From Octopus vulgaris (Eukaryota), in contig OX597825.1 of assembly GCA_951406725.2 (NCBI GenBank), positions 30,132,001 through 30,196,000 on the forward strand: 64,000 nt of DNA. Reading direction: 5' to 3'. Positions 24,960 to 39,329 of the stretch are shown piece after piece. A program made the position numbers and the translations under genes. The notes beneath the pieces are model-generated. The model saw only the letters and a list, made by a program, of their open reading frames with translations, was not told the DNA's origin and did no database searches. Each line of letters opens with the position of its first letter. Position 1 is the stretch's first letter.

Positions 24960-26990
24960 AGTGTGAACACTACTGACCTACATAATTGATGAACAATTCT
25001 ACCAACATTTGAAAAAAACTGCTGCCAGAAAAAAATTAGTAACAAAGAAAATACAAAACAATAAAATACACTGTGAACTTCTTAGAGATAAAACAATATG
25101 AAATTGTAAAGGAAATCAGATAAAAGTTAGCTACGGCCTTCATTGACTATAAATAAGTGTTTCCATGTGACCTTGCATTCCTGAGTTATTATATACTTGA
25201 ACTTATTTAAGATAGTCAACAACATCAAGTCATTCTTTAGAATTAGTATGGACTGCTTGAAGAGAGAATCTACATTCAGAGGTGTGAAATGTGGCAAAAT
25301 ATATAGAGAAAAAAGAATATTTCAAGGGTGTGGTTAATCACCGTTGCTATTTGTATTCAGTCAAAACCTTTTGACTTATATCTTAAGAAAGGTGAAAGCA
25401 GGATATGAATTAAGAAATTGTGAACATATCATCAACCAACTAGTATTTATGGATGGCTAGAAATTATTCAGTGAGATGAGAAAGCAACTTGAAACTTTGG
25501 AGAAGAGTGTATGAGTATTTGATGATGACATAAGAATGGAATTTAGCATAAAAAATTTGTGGTGCCATACAGAGGGGACAAATTGTTTGAGATAGAAAGA
25601 ATGAAACTTCCTACAGGTGAGAATATAAAGCAAGTTCATAAGGAAAAGTGATACAAGTGTTCAGGAGTTTTAGAAGCTGATAGCATAAAAGGCAGAAAAA
25701 TAGAAGAGAAAAATAAATACATAAAAAAATGAAAAAATATTAAAAATCCTTTCTGAACTGTGGAGATGTTATTATAGATATCAACTGATGCACTGTCTTA
25801 ATCATTGAATACTGTGTAGGTGTCATGAAGAGGAACACTCAAAACTACAGGATATTGATAGGAAAACACACAATAAATTGGTGAGGATGTACAATATGTT
25901 TCACAAGAGATACTGTTAGACTGTTTATGAAATGTAATAATGGTAGATGCTTAATTAGTGTAGGAAGTTTAATGGCAGTAGAGGAAGACTGCCTTTGCAA
26001 GTATGTGTCAGAAAGTACAGAAAAAATGTTGAGGGCTGTAAAAGAGTAGGTATCATAAACAAGGAAAAAGAGAAAAGAAAGTAGCTCAAAAATAGGAATT
26101 GAATAAGAAAAATATGGGGACACCAAGAAAGAGATTTGCAGAAGCCCAAGAATTAGAATACGTATATAGAGCAATTAGAATACGTATATATAGGAGAGTA
26201 TATTAACATTATATTGCATTTGAGGTAAAAGAGAAAAAGAACGGTAACCACTAAGTTTAAAGTGCCAGAACCTGGCACAGAGACAATACAATTGTCATGA
26301 AGACTTCACTGTATTACTAGTTCTTCAAAAAATCAAGTTAATTGGAACCTTTTTCTCTTTCCTTTTTTCAACCAACATGGCTGTATTCTGAGCATACCTT
26401 CTTGGGTCAGTTTGGAAGCAAGATCACTTTCGAAAAGGCCTGGGGTCAATAGACAACTGAAGACATGACAAAAACTGCTTTATATGCATGATATAGAATA
26501 TATTATATATAATTTATTATGTGTAAAACACAATAAAGAATAGCCAGAAAAATGGTATGAACATAGGCTACTAAAAATTGTCTATTTTATAGAATATGAG
26601 AATCCAGAGAGACAAAGAATTGGAACATTCAAGATAGGATATTGTTGTTCTAGTGAAAGATAGATACTAAAAATTGTAAGATGCATTCTGAACTTTTGAC
26701 ACTAAAATGAAAAAGAAAAAACGGAATTTAGGATATAGAATACCAAGGTTTAAAATGGTCTCTAAAAATGCCTTTAGAACTGAAGAGAGATAATGGTAAT
26801 TTTTAAAATAGGATCACTGGGCATTGTGTCCAAAAATATCATTAAATGGTTTTTCTATGATCAGATTAACAATAAAATTTGTGGCCTTACAGAAAGCATA
26901 TCACTTTGATACAGTGTGAACCATAAGATATATTCTGAATATCTATTTGAATCTATGGCTAGCTGTTTGACATTCTGCAAAGAAAACTGG
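24960..26990 (+). mobile_element. Highly decayed R4/Dong-like LINE (RT plus RLE remnants)
   Basis: Remnants LATAFIDYK (25128), IFQG (25318), INQLVFMDG (25431), DIVV (26638), GSLG (26811). Confidence 0.7.
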
Positions 26991-27009
26991 AAAAATCCAT
27001 TGCCAGTAC

Positions 27010-27066
27010 AGAATAATAATAATCATAATACTACTACTACTACTACTACTAATAATAATAATAATG

Positions 27067-27105
<39 letters not shown>

Positions 27106-27339
27106 GTGCTCATGGGAACTGCTCATATCCTACGCAAAATACTTTCTATGTAATCTCAAATTTCAAAACAAACATAATTTTCTTATGGTTTCTTAAATAT
27201 TCACTAGTACAACACTAAGTACAAAACCAAATATATGGCACCCTAGGCATAACACCAACATGAACTTCCAACTTGTTGTCTCGAGGTCTCTGGGTGAGAC
27301 TTGGAGCCAGCTTGTGCAAATGTAAAGCAAAAGTCAAAC

Positions 27340-27380
<41 letters not shown>

Positions 27381-27449
27381 GTACACAGAGCTGCGCTCAG
27401 TAGTGAAGTGAAAGCACGTTATAAAAATAAAACTACTGAATGATAATAA

Positions 27450-27521
<72 letters not shown>

Positions 27522-28444
27522 TGATGATAAATATTCAGACAAATACATAACAAAAACACCAGGACTTACAAATATATATAGCATACAGAAAATTGCACTA
27601 CTTGGCACTGCACACATCCTAAGCAAAACACTTTCAATACAGTAACCATCAGAGCATCAAACCAAACCACAGCACATACCCAAGGCACACAGAGCTGCGC
27701 TTGGTAGTGAAGTGAAAGCACGTTATAAAAATAAAACTACTGAATGATCATAAAAATAGGCATGATAGAGCTGCACAATATATTCACTGGGTAATTTGCA
27801 AAAACCTGGATTTGCCCCATGAAAAAAAACTGGTGGGACCACAAACCACTTCCAGTGCTTGAAAATGATCAAATCTCACTCCACTGGAACTTCACCATTC
27901 AAGCTGATAGAAAGGTAGATGCAAATAGGCCAGACATCATATTGAAAAACTTCAGACAAAAATGATGCCTCATCATTGATATGACTGTCCCAATCGATAT
28001 AACCGTATCTGTCAAGACCTACCAAAAACTGAGCAAATATAAAGATCTTGAAATTAAAATTAGCAAAATGTGGAACCTGAAGACTAAAACAATACCTGTT
28101 GTCATAGGTGCACAGAGAATGATAGCAAAAGGGGCTGATTGCAACCTAGCTCAGATACCAGGAAACCCCAAAATGGCAGAAATTTAAAAGATAGTGCTTA
28201 TGGGAACTGCCCATATCCTATACAAAATGCTTTCTATATAATCTCAAATTTTAAAACAAACACATAATTTTCGTGTGGTTTCTTAAGCATTCTCTAGAAC
28301 AACACTATGTACAAAACCAAATATATGACACCCTAGGCATAACACCAACATGAACTTTTAACTTGTCTCTTGAGGTCTCTGGGTGAGACTTGGAGCCAAC
28401 TTGTACAAATGTAAAGCAAAAGTCAAACAAAACAACAACAATAA

Positions 28445-28511
<67 letters not shown>
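27010..28511 (+). mobile_element. Stack of four RLE-LINE 3' ends separated by (AAT)n
   Basis: Family X at 27104-27340 and 27755-28430 (ANRPDIIL...IDMTVP...KLSKYKDLE); family Y at 27379-27442 and 27529-27745, homologous to 20640-20860. Confidence 0.85.
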
Positions 28512-28512
<1 letters not shown>

Positions 28513-28890
28513 GAAGTGTTATCATGTACGTTGTTTTGTCTTGGTATAAAAGATGGGCTACAGCAAATATTCTGCTCAATACCACAAATTTACTTGTCAG
28601 TTGTTTGAGCTTAACCAGTTGAGCATGTCTCTTAGTGGCTGATGATGTGTGCATCTTTGATCTTGAGCAGAAGTAGTAGGGGAACATCATAACCATGTGT
28701 TTGAGAGGAATTTTTTGGGGGTTTGAATAATTCATCTCTGGAAACATAGGTGTTTCTTTCATCATCCTTAAACAACCCTTATTCAGGGACTTTTTGAGTA
28801 GGATGGGTTTATCTTGACATGAAATCACTATGTCGTGCACATATGGTTGTGATGCATGTGCCTGGTATACCTTTATCAGACGAGTAGTTA
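28512..28890 (-). mobile_element. Interspersed repeat family Z
   Basis: Reverse complement of most of 46765-47282. Confidence 0.75.
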
Positions 28891-29897
28891 TGATGGGTAT
28901 CTTGGGCTGTTGAGATAGGGAGTGAAGTCCATCATGTGATTGCTTCACTGCTACTCATAAACAGCACATCTGTTTGGGATCAATTGGCATGTGCCTGTCA
29001 TGGTCTGGTAAAGATCAGATTGTGGTTTTATTGCCACACTCTACCTCTGCCTTTCAAGCTCATTGAATGACTTTCATTGCTTCATATCTATGGGCACATG
29101 TCTTACCCTGACAATGTAGCCATCATGTTTTATGTTGAAGAGTTGGTCATGTGCCAATCTCGCTGAGAGTATGTTGGTCACGATGCTTGTACTAAATGCC
29201 TCATCAAACTTCTTGAATATCTCTGTCTCTACTCTTTTTCTCTCTACAGCCAGTCCTTTGATAAACGTTATTGATTCTATTCTAATCACTATTTACAGGA
29301 TACACCACCATTTATGGTTGATTAAAATAATAGCTTCAAATTTTGGCTCAAGACCAGCAAAGTTAGGTGAGGGGATAAGTTGATACCTTGACCTCAGCTG
29401 GTACTTATATTCTCGACCCCAAAGAATGAAAGACAAAGTTAACCTCAGCAAACCTTGAAATTAGAATGTAATTAATCAGAAGAAATACCACAAAGCCTTT
29501 TTTCTGATGCTCTACCAATTCAACTGTTCACCACCTTTAAAAAAATAATGATTGTGTTAATTATAAATATAAAATATTAGTTGTTTTACTTTATCAGTCT
29601 CATTAAATCTGATACAGAATGAATCTTTAATGAGAAACATGCTAAGATTGAAAACTTCAACTAGCATCGTGGTTTTCTGATGCTATAGTTCCATATTATT
29701 AAGTAGTTCATCCTCCTTTAACTGTTTGTCTTCATTTTCATGCATATTTTATGCAACCAATATTTTATAATATAAAAACTTCAGAAAAAAAAGTTAGGCA
29801 TTTTTTACCAATATTTCAAAAGGTTTGTACGTCTTCCATTAAAACAGTGTTGTATTTTATTCAATCTAAGTCTATTTTGATTGAATGAAATACATTA

Positions 29898-30437
29898 CCA
29901 TAAATCCTCGAGTATAATCCGCATTTTTCCCCCCAAATTTAAAGGTCAAAATCCCTAGTGCGTACTATATACGAAGTTTAAAATGAAAATTATTTTCTAA
30001 GCAATGTCTGAGTCTCTATTTGCTGTCTGGCAATAATTATTCAGACGTATTTTGTGATGTCGAGTGCGAAAATACCTGAAGCTAAGCCTGAAAGCAATGA
30101 AGTCATAACAGAATCATCCATAACTTACAGTAAGCAACATTTATTAAATGTTATTACTGTTATTTCTTTATTTTCTGCTAACTAAATGCACAAAAAAGCT
30201 ACACGTTTGCATTATGTTATATATACAATAATAATAAAGGACGTTACCGTATACATTTTTACAAACCAAGGACGTCACCGTATACATTTTTACAAACCAA
30301 GGACGTTATATAGACCTCCTTGACTCAAGTTAGAGAAGGGGTGCGTATTATACACAAGGTTTAGGTTTTTCAGAGGTACAGCCCCCTAAAAATCCCCTGC
30401 ATATTATACTCAAGGGCGGACTATACTCAGGGATTTG
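29898..30437. mobile_element. MITE (Tc1/mariner-pogo type) with internal 31-bp tandem duplication
   Basis: TIRs ccataaatcctcgagtataatccgc / gcggactatactcagggattt, preceded by TA; duplication at 30239-30308. Confidence 0.7.
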
Positions 30438-30895
30438 TAAATTTTAAAGAAGAGGCATAAAACTTTTTAAATATTGGTAAATAATTAGTATATTTAGAAT
30501 GAGTATGATTGACTGATTTAATAGTATTAAACCTGGGTTTATAAGGATCCATTAAGGACAATTGATCCTGGTTCTCTTACCAGATTCACCCACCTCTTTA
30601 CAAAATACAATAACCAAAACTTGGTCTCTGATTAAAATAAAACAAACATTTAAACATTTAAAATTTTTCTGTGTCTGATATATGGATACAATGAATCACT
30701 GTTATAGGGGAAACAATAATACCCACTTTTATCTTTTGACAAAATATTTACTGTCTTTGTGCTTATTCTCTGATTACATTCTCTCTTGGAAATTCCTGTA
30801 TGCCAAGAAAAATTCTACGAAGTGGGTTTCAAAAGTGAAAATTTCCATTTATTGGCAGACATAGTGCCTTATAAAATTTTCCTCTACTTCAAAAA

Positions 30896-33300
30896 ATGGA
30901 ATATATAGAAGCTACAGATGGAGAACCAGAATCAGATGACCCTTCTGAAGCACATCACAAAGTCTCAAATACTTCTGTGAAAGAGTCATGTACGAATATT
31001 GAGGATTATAGATTATCACAGCCTCCAAGTACTTCTGAAATTGATTGTGAAGTTGCATCGTGTAATTCAGGAACAGCCGCATGTTTTCTGTTAGTGGAAT
31101 AAAGGCATATGTCCTTTAGGTGAAAACCAGTTATGACATATCAAAGCAAAAACGTCTCTGAGCCCCAGCCAGAATTTCAGTTCCTTTACCAATAATGTCA
31201 AAGTAATAATAGACTCTCCATACAATATAGTTACTTCAAGAATTCCAAGTTTTATTTTGGCTGTGAAAATAGGGAGCATCATTTGTAGAAGTGTCTCCTG
31301 CACATCCCATCAAAGGATGTATCTTATCGCTCTGGTTGTACTTTGATCTCCAACCAACATGATAGGTTTTCCTGTGAGGACGGTTTTAACAGATGACAGT
31401 AGAAGAAATATAAAAACTCATAAACAATGCCAAGGCTGTAAAGATTCTATGTGGAAGTACAATCTTTTATGGCGAAAATCTTCTCATGTTGACCAGGAAT
31501 TGGAAAAACAAGTGAAGAATCATAAGAATTATTGGAATGAAGCATTTCATTGTTCTGTGACCATGAGAAGCTCTCTAGATGAGAAAGGCCTGACATTTAA
31601 GTCAGTGAAGAGATAATAACATCCAAACATGATGGAAAATTTTTTTAGGTGTTGTAGAAGTTAATGTACGATTTTATTCATACTTTGACTTTTCTGAAAG
31701 TAGTAAGCAGCCAGACTTATCATTTAACATCTACAACAAAATTGTTCTGTTTATGGCAAAACATGTTAAGAATTATATCATGGCTGAACTTAAAACTTCC
31801 AAATGCTTATCAGATTCCGTTGGCCTGGCTCATGTTGACCAACTAAGAATCATTATGTAATATGTTATTTCTAGGAAGCCAGTAAAAGTTTTGAACTATC
31901 CTGGTTATGTTCTTATTTCCTACAGAAGAATTTGAGACTTTCTGTTATACTTCAAGAGGGAAATCTGGTTCTAGTTGTTCATCAATAACTTCTATATTTC
32001 TCATTTTTGAAGAAGTGGTAAATTTTTTAAGGCACTATGGCTGTCACTATAACAGTATTTTTTACACTTGTTTTGTTTTTTGGAAGCTTTTCTTTGTTAA
32101 AGCCTACTTAACTGAATTTTTCATGACATACTGGAAATTCTGTGAGGGAATGTTATAGGAAAAACAGTAAAAATAAATTTCTTTTCCAAAATGGTTTGAG
32201 GCATAGCTAGTTACATCTCTTACAATTCTGGAAAAACGATTTTGATTTCAAAAGTTGCTTATAACAATACCAGTAATGTATCTAGTCACTAAACAAGGAT
32301 GTGAGGCAGGATTAAGAACACAGGTTAAGGAATAAAAAGTATTTCTCGTTCTTTTTGCTGCCCACTTTCTGAATTTTGTTGGAAAGCCTGTTACTTCTTG
32401 CTGCATTGAGACTGTTCATTGTTGTGACTTCATACACTGTTTATACACCTTTTTCCTCTGTTAACAGACATGGAAAAAATCTAATGAAGACTTATTTTGG
32501 AAAGAAACATAAAAAATAGTATTAACTGTGAAATCTAATCAGGCAACCATTGCTTAGTAATAGCTGATACCAATTGAATCTTCTGTTGTTTTTGATGTAA
32601 CTGCTTTCAGACTAACCTCAGATATACTTGGAGCAAATATGTAAAGCAAGATACAAACGCTCAAACATTTGCAGACAAAACTGTCTGTAAATTTCTCTGA
32701 TAACCATGATTTGGATTTTAATTCCTGTATGGTCCAACAGCAGAAAGAAATGATGTGACATTGATTTGAAGAAAGTGTTGGATCTAATTGATTCACTGGA
32801 AACGTTTCTGGAATTACTTTGGTATAGGTATTAAGAGATTGAACAGATTACTAGGAACCTCTCTGACAAACAGATTACAAATTAAATGCAAGCAAACCAA
32901 AATAAAGGAACAAATATTATGATGTGAATCTATCATCAGTCTTTGAAGAAATTGTCCCTCACTCAAGACAAAAATGTCATACAGGGAATTTTCGGTTATA
33001 TTTTTACATCTTGGTATGTCTATAACCTTTACAAGAATGCAAGGTAGTATACAAATCAGTTTGTGACTTATGTGGGTTACCTGATACAAAATTCAGAAGT
33101 AAAGCAGAGAAGCTTAATGTTTCTCTTATAATTTCAGTAATGTTTTCTTAGACAAAGTTATCAAGCGTTTTCTAACTCCACGTCATATCTCACTCCATCA
33201 CAAGCATATTTATTCCATAATTAAAGACTCTGAGCTTATTGCCTGAAGAAAGATTCCATTGTAGATATCATGGTGCGATGCATATAACTAGAAGTTGATA
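30896..33300 (+). pseudogene. Decayed hAT transposase (ZMYM1-like)
   Basis: Fragments VDQELEKQVKNHKNYWNE...LDEKGLTF, LAHVDQL, AYNNTSNVS, AAHFLNFVG occur in hAT order with many stops and frameshifts; boundaries approximate. Confidence 0.65.
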
Positions 33301-34446
33301 AGCCTTACTATAATTATTGATACTGCATTATGACATTGATCACCATTATTGTCTTGTATTCAATATGGGTTTGATATGTTTGTAATATACACTGTATCTA
33401 ACACTCAAAATTATGTGTCATCTTCTCTGAGTCTAACTCAAGAAGTAACTCAACAGCCATGTTTATTTAAAATACAGCATGATGTAAATCTAACCAACCC
33501 ACGTCAATAAGAAATACAGCTATTAAATCATTGGGAAAAAAACTGGCAAAACAATTAAAGCTTGCTAAAAAACTACAAGAAAAAGGCCAAATTCCTGACT
33601 CTCCTGACTAAACTGTAAATGAAAATATTTCTGACATCAAGACAGTTTGACAAGCACATTCAAATATGCTATTTGAACTAAATTTAATAACTTTTCCAAG
33701 ATATGAAATTTAAAAATAATTCCATATATAAAATTGATTTACAATAAATGTGATGCTAAAGAAGAAAAGTGTCTTTAATTCCAATATAAAACCACAAAAG
33801 ACATTGGTTCTTGTCTGTCATCCATCACCCTACTGTCGTTTGACACATGAGATCTACACTTTTTCATTTTCATTTCCATGAAAAGTAAGAATGTTCAGAG
33901 CAGTAGATAAGATATAAAATATCTGTCTACAAGACATAAAATATTTGTCTGCAAGACATTTGTGCTGAAGATGCTAGCTAGCTTACAGCAGTTCCAATTC
34001 ACAGAGCTATTATATTGCATTTGATGTATGAGATCAATGTAGGAACCTATCCTCCCGGAATATGTTGGGAGAAAAAGAAAAAGTGAAGAAAGATTGATTT
34101 TACTTTAAATAAATTAAATATACAATCCCGATTCTTACTGCTTTACATAAGATGACCAGATATTTTGGTTATATAGAAAAGCAATATATGATAGTAAGTT
34201 TTCTCATGGAATACATTATCTTGAACAAATATTTTTGAAGGAAAAGAAAGGAAAAAGAAACTTGATACTCTTTTCAGAAAAATAAACAATATTCTCTAAA
34301 TAAATATATTTTATAAATTGTGACTTATAATAATGTTCTTGATCAGTACACAAAGGGAATTTGTTCATTATAAAAGCAGAACGTGATAGAATAAATAGGA
34401 AAAAAAAAAGAAACTCTTTAAAAATGTATCAAAATTAAGAATATGA

Positions 34447-34494
<48 letters not shown>

Positions 34495-34495
34495 C

Positions 34496-34537
<42 letters not shown>

Positions 34538-34551
34538 TATTATTATTATAC

Positions 34552-34591
<40 letters not shown>

Positions 34592-34592
34592 C

Positions 34593-34646
<54 letters not shown>

Positions 34647-34692
34647 TGTTGTTATTGATGTTATTACTATTGTTATTGCTGTTGTTGTTGTT
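34447..34692. repeat. Long (ATT)n/(GTT)n microsatellite
   Basis: Direct reading. Confidence 0.95.
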
Positions 34693-35106
34693 TTATTAAA
34701 TGCGAGATAGAATGAAGATTAACAAGAATGTCATTTATTATGTGAAATAGCTTGAGACACCATGCGAAACGATTATCTATAGAATATCAGCTTTACTTTA
34801 TTAACAGTTGAAAATCATAAATCATTTATTTTCGTATTTCTTTGCTAACATTGGCCCAAGGCCACAAATTAGGTGGAACAGAAGAAATGATTATAGAAAC
34901 CTGTTATTTCACTGAAGCTATATTACATCGACCCAGGAAGAATGAAAAATTAGTTGGCCTCAGTGGGATTTGAACTCACAATGATACTCAATATTCTTTC
35001 CTACCATTGGTGTGAGGTCTGAAATTTTGTGGGAGGGGGCTAATCAATTACATGGACTCCCAAGAAAAGTCATACTTCGCAGAATTTGAACTAAGAACAT
35101 ATTCTT

Positions 35107-35565
35107 TTTTTACTCTAGGCACAAGGCCCAAAAGTTTTGGGGAGGGCGCCAGTCGATTAGATCGATCCCAGTATGCAACTGGTACTTAATTTATCACTCC
35201 CTGAAAAGATGAAAGGCAAAGTCGACCTTGGCAGAATTTGAACTCAGAACATAAAGACAGATGAAATACTGCTAAGCCTTTTATCCAGTGTACTAACAAT
35301 TCTCCCAGCTTGTCGCTGAACAATGAAACAATATTTATCTCCTTATTGCCACAGGGGGCTAAACATAGAGGGGACAAACGAGGACAGACAAAGGGATTAA
35401 GTCGATTACATCGACCCCAGTGCATAACTGGCAGTTATTTGATCGACCCTGAAAGGGTGAAAGGCAAAGTTGACCTAAGCAGAATTTGAACTCAGAATGT
35501 AACAGCAGACGAAATACTGCTAAGCATTTTACCTGGTATGCTAACGACTCGGCCATCTCGCTGCC
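35107..35565 (-). mobile_element. SINE family B (dimeric)
   Basis: Reverse complement of 23007-23400. Confidence 0.85.
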
Positions 35566-35642
35566 CAAATGAAACTTGATATTAAGCAAAAATAAACTAT
35601 TTTTACCTGTGGCCAAATTACTTCATATATCAAATATATATA

Positions 35643-36841
35643 CAGAGTACGGTGAATATATTGTTGTTTAAATTATGCAAAAATAAAAATATTCACTGAC
35701 ATCTCATTTTAACAGATATCTCTACCAAAATTATATAAAAATATCTTGAAATACTAAAGAGTAAATTTGCTCAATAAAATCGCCATTGGCTTCAGCCACA
35801 GCCTCCAGGTGACTTTGGAATCTCCTGCAACTCTTTGCTGTCCATTCATCTTTGGTGTTACAAGAAGTTTTGTTGATCTCTTGATCAACTGCACTCCACA
35901 CATAACAATCAAGGGCATTGTAGTCTGGTGGGATAGGTGACCAGATGTTAGGGCCGATGTGGTCACAGAAATTGTCTGACAAGCATGACTAGGTTCTCCT
36001 GCTTGTGTGACACTACCTTCTCCAGGAACTTGATGTAGGCCTCCATGTTGAGTCTGAGGCTGTGTGGGAAGATGAATGGAGGCATAACGTTGCCATCATT
36101 AGTGATCACTCCAGACACCATGATGTTGATTGGATGTTGACTGGATCTTTGATTTCTATCACTCTTGGTACATGTTTTGAGAACACGACAAGCCAATGGT
36201 TGTTCTGTGTGTTCACCATCTGACATTGGCAGAAATGTTTTTCATCTGAAAAAGCATGTTCTGTTAAAGGGGATTCTTGAGTTTGTTCAAAAGATTCGTA
36301 GCACAGGTTTTCCTCTTGTTCTTAATAGTTTGGAAAAGAAATTGGCCATTTCTCAGCTTATATGAGGAATACCAAATGTCTTCATGCACTACCTGCTTGA
36401 TACGAAACTCAGATACTCCCATGTCCCTGGCAATGGACCTGATTGACTTGGACGAATCGTTGTCAATCCTGGCCTGGATCTCACCAAAAGATTCAGGAGT
36501 TCTTTTCTTATCAGAATGATCAGAGTGAGTTTTCTGAGATGCCGTACCCTCATAATCAATATTAGACTCATCCAACTCTTTCTGAATCCTCTGTGCTGCC
36601 CTCAGCTTGACAGTCAAACACTCTGAAATGTTCAGATTGGAGCTTCCGGCACAAATGCCAAGCAGCACAGCATGTCGTTTCCATATTTCTGGCAGAGTGA
36701 ATTGCATCATGGTGTTGTTATTTTCACACATGGTACCCAACTGATCCTACTATACTGTGTAGTCAAAAAAATCAAAAATAAACAAGGTGCATGCACAAGA
36801 TTAAAAATATAAAATGGCAATAATTTATCCATCACATCCTG
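35643..36841 (-). mobile_element. DD37D (maT) Tc1/mariner transposon, defective
   Basis: TA-flanked degenerate TIRs; ORF pieces ...SIRSIARDMGVSEFRIKQVVHEDI..., GVITNDGNVMPPFIFP, WSPIPPDYNALDCYVWS. Confidence 0.9.
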
Positions 36842-36877
36842 TATGTGTGTGCATGTATATATATATATATATATATG

Positions 36878-37432
36878 GTAGCTGCCCCCTCGTTATCAAG
36901 TATGGCCATTGCACGAAGCTTAATCAATGTTGTTTTCGTGCAATGCCTGTGCAAGAAGATTTTTTTTAAAGTGAGGAAAGGCTGTGCACTGAGTCAATTC
37001 CACTCACTAAGCAACAGCAGCCATAATCCAAAAAGAAGAACAAGTCAACATCATTGGTAACCACTGAGCCGGAGGTTTTATGTTGGAGTTATCCCAGTTA
37101 CCTGAGTTACCTTCTCCAAGAAGGATGCCCTAACAAAGGCTAGGAGGCCTTCACTCCTAATGGTTTAACCGCGCGATCGGGTATTCAGTCCGATTATTTC
37201 TATGTCCCCGCACATGATACAGCCTTGAGACATTTATTGGATGGCCAATGACTCTCAAGAGTTCCTCCGCCCTTTGACAGGTTTTGTTTTTCATCCTGCA
37301 GGGTGTTCAATAAACACCCTCCTCACCAAGCAAGTTTGGTGGGGTTGCTGGTTTAGTCGCCGATGACCCGACTATGCAACAGGTTGTACTGGGTTACATG
37401 TTACCAATAGCACTCAAAAATGACCTGACGTA
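36878..37432 (-). mobile_element. Non-autonomous RTE derivative (5' UTR-like part joined to 3' end)
   Basis: 3' end gctgccccctcgttatc.agtatggccattgca is shared with the RTE fragment at 39614; RTE 5'-UTR-like motif gggcatccttcttggagaaggtaactc; flanked by (TA)n. Confidence 0.65.
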
Positions 37433-38471
37433 ATATATATAAATATGTATACACATGCAACAATGAAAACTGTTCCGCTCATAATATTTTAGTCTCTCTC
37501 TCATCACTTCACGTAAAATGATCAATTTCTCTTCCTGTCTCTCTCTCTTTCATTCTTTCTCTCTCTCTCTTTCTTTCTCTCTCTCCTTCTTTCTCTCTCT
37601 CCATCTCCCTCTCTCTTTTTCTGTCTCCTATTCTTTTTTGAATCTTACAAGTTATAAGACAACTTCACTGGAGCTGGGGGTCATGAGAAAATTCATATAA
37701 CAGTTTGTAAAGACTTTAGCATAATTCAGAAAAGCATCCAGCCATGGGAAACATGCCAATTCTGGAACATTGGAGCATGGGACAGTCGAAACATCCAAAC
37801 TACTCATATGGAAGCAGATGTAAAATGATGATGACAAATGATGGCGAGATGACAATGATGATGACGATGACGACGACGATGATGATGATGATGATGATAA
37901 CAATGACGATGAGGATAATGATGACAATGATGATAAGAACGACAATGACAATGATCATGAGAATGATCATGATGAAAGCAATGATGACGAAAATGGCATT
38001 AGATACAAAACCATCAATTTGTAGTTGCTTGAATCGAGCTAAATACCTCATAGGTCCTCGTTCAATTGACCCTGGGGGGTTGCAAAGGAAATGTCAGTGT
38101 CAGAGGTATTTATATTCAGGATGTAAGTAGTCAGAACTAAAGACTTAAATATTTAGTTTGCCATGAAACCATTTATGCCACTCAGACATAATGTATATAC
38201 TATACTTACTTTACATTATTTCTAAGAGAAATAATATATTAACCATGCCATATTGCCAGAATAGATGGTAGACTGATTATAGCATATTATCAAGATATAT
38301 AATATCTTAATTATATTATATTACCAAGATATGTAATATACTAACGATAGCATATTGCCATGATTTATAATTATGTGTCTTCTAGAATGTATGTATGTGT
38401 GTGTGTGTATGTATGTATGTATGTATGTATGTATGTATGTATGTATGTATGTATGTATGTATGTATGTATG

Positions 38472-38530
<59 letters not shown>

Positions 38531-39329
38531 ATGTATGTATGTATGTATGTATGTATGTATGTATGTATGTAGATTGTTATCATCATCCTCATCCTTCCTC
38601 TCCTTCACCTCCTTCTCCTGATCATTATCATCTTCCTCATCATTATTGTATGTCTGTTTCTCCAGGCTGGTGAGAATTAGATGGCTTGTTATGTCTGGAT
38701 CAGAATTTAATTGAAGCTGTGGCCTGTCTAGATGACTGGAAAGTTCCATTCTAGTATGGATTCCACTGCTGGATGCTCTCCCTGTCACCAACATGTTAAA
38801 GAATTTACTGAATGACTTTAATGAAGACATCAGCACCATAGGATTGTCTTGTTCCTGGTAGCACTGAACAGATCTTTTTGCCAAACATTGTTTCTGTTCA
38901 AGGAACATGATTGAGAGGTGTGTGGAAGAGAAAGAGGGACAGAGACAGAGTAATGAAAGAGAGACAGACATACAGAGACAGACAGAGAGGGTGAAAGGGT
39001 GATCAAAGAGAAGTAAGTCATAAGAATGAGAGAGTAATACAAGAGAGAGAAAGGAAAGAGGAAGAAAAAGTAATAGACAACTACACACTGGTTGTTGGTA
39101 AGGAGATTGAATAGAGAATAATAGGTGGGAGATAGGAAGATGGAGGGAAGCATAATGGAAATGACACAGAGAGAACAAGGAGTGAGAGAGTGAGGGTGAA
39201 TAAGTACTAGGCTTACAAAGAATAAGTCCTGGGGTCGGTTTGCTATACTAAATGTGGTGCTCCAGCATGGCTGCAGCCAAAATGATTGAAACAAGTAAAA
39301 GAGTAAAAGAGTAAAGAGTATACATATAA

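Noticed and set aside
28890-29310. ORF 29074-29289 as a host exon
   Set aside because: Flanking in-frame stops and a faint RT-like LFNI motif suggest a decayed LINE piece; too weak to annotate.
33987-34046. Minus-strand exon candidate SYIDLIHQMQYNSSVNWNC
   Set aside because: Purine-rich, ambiguous acceptor and weak donor context.
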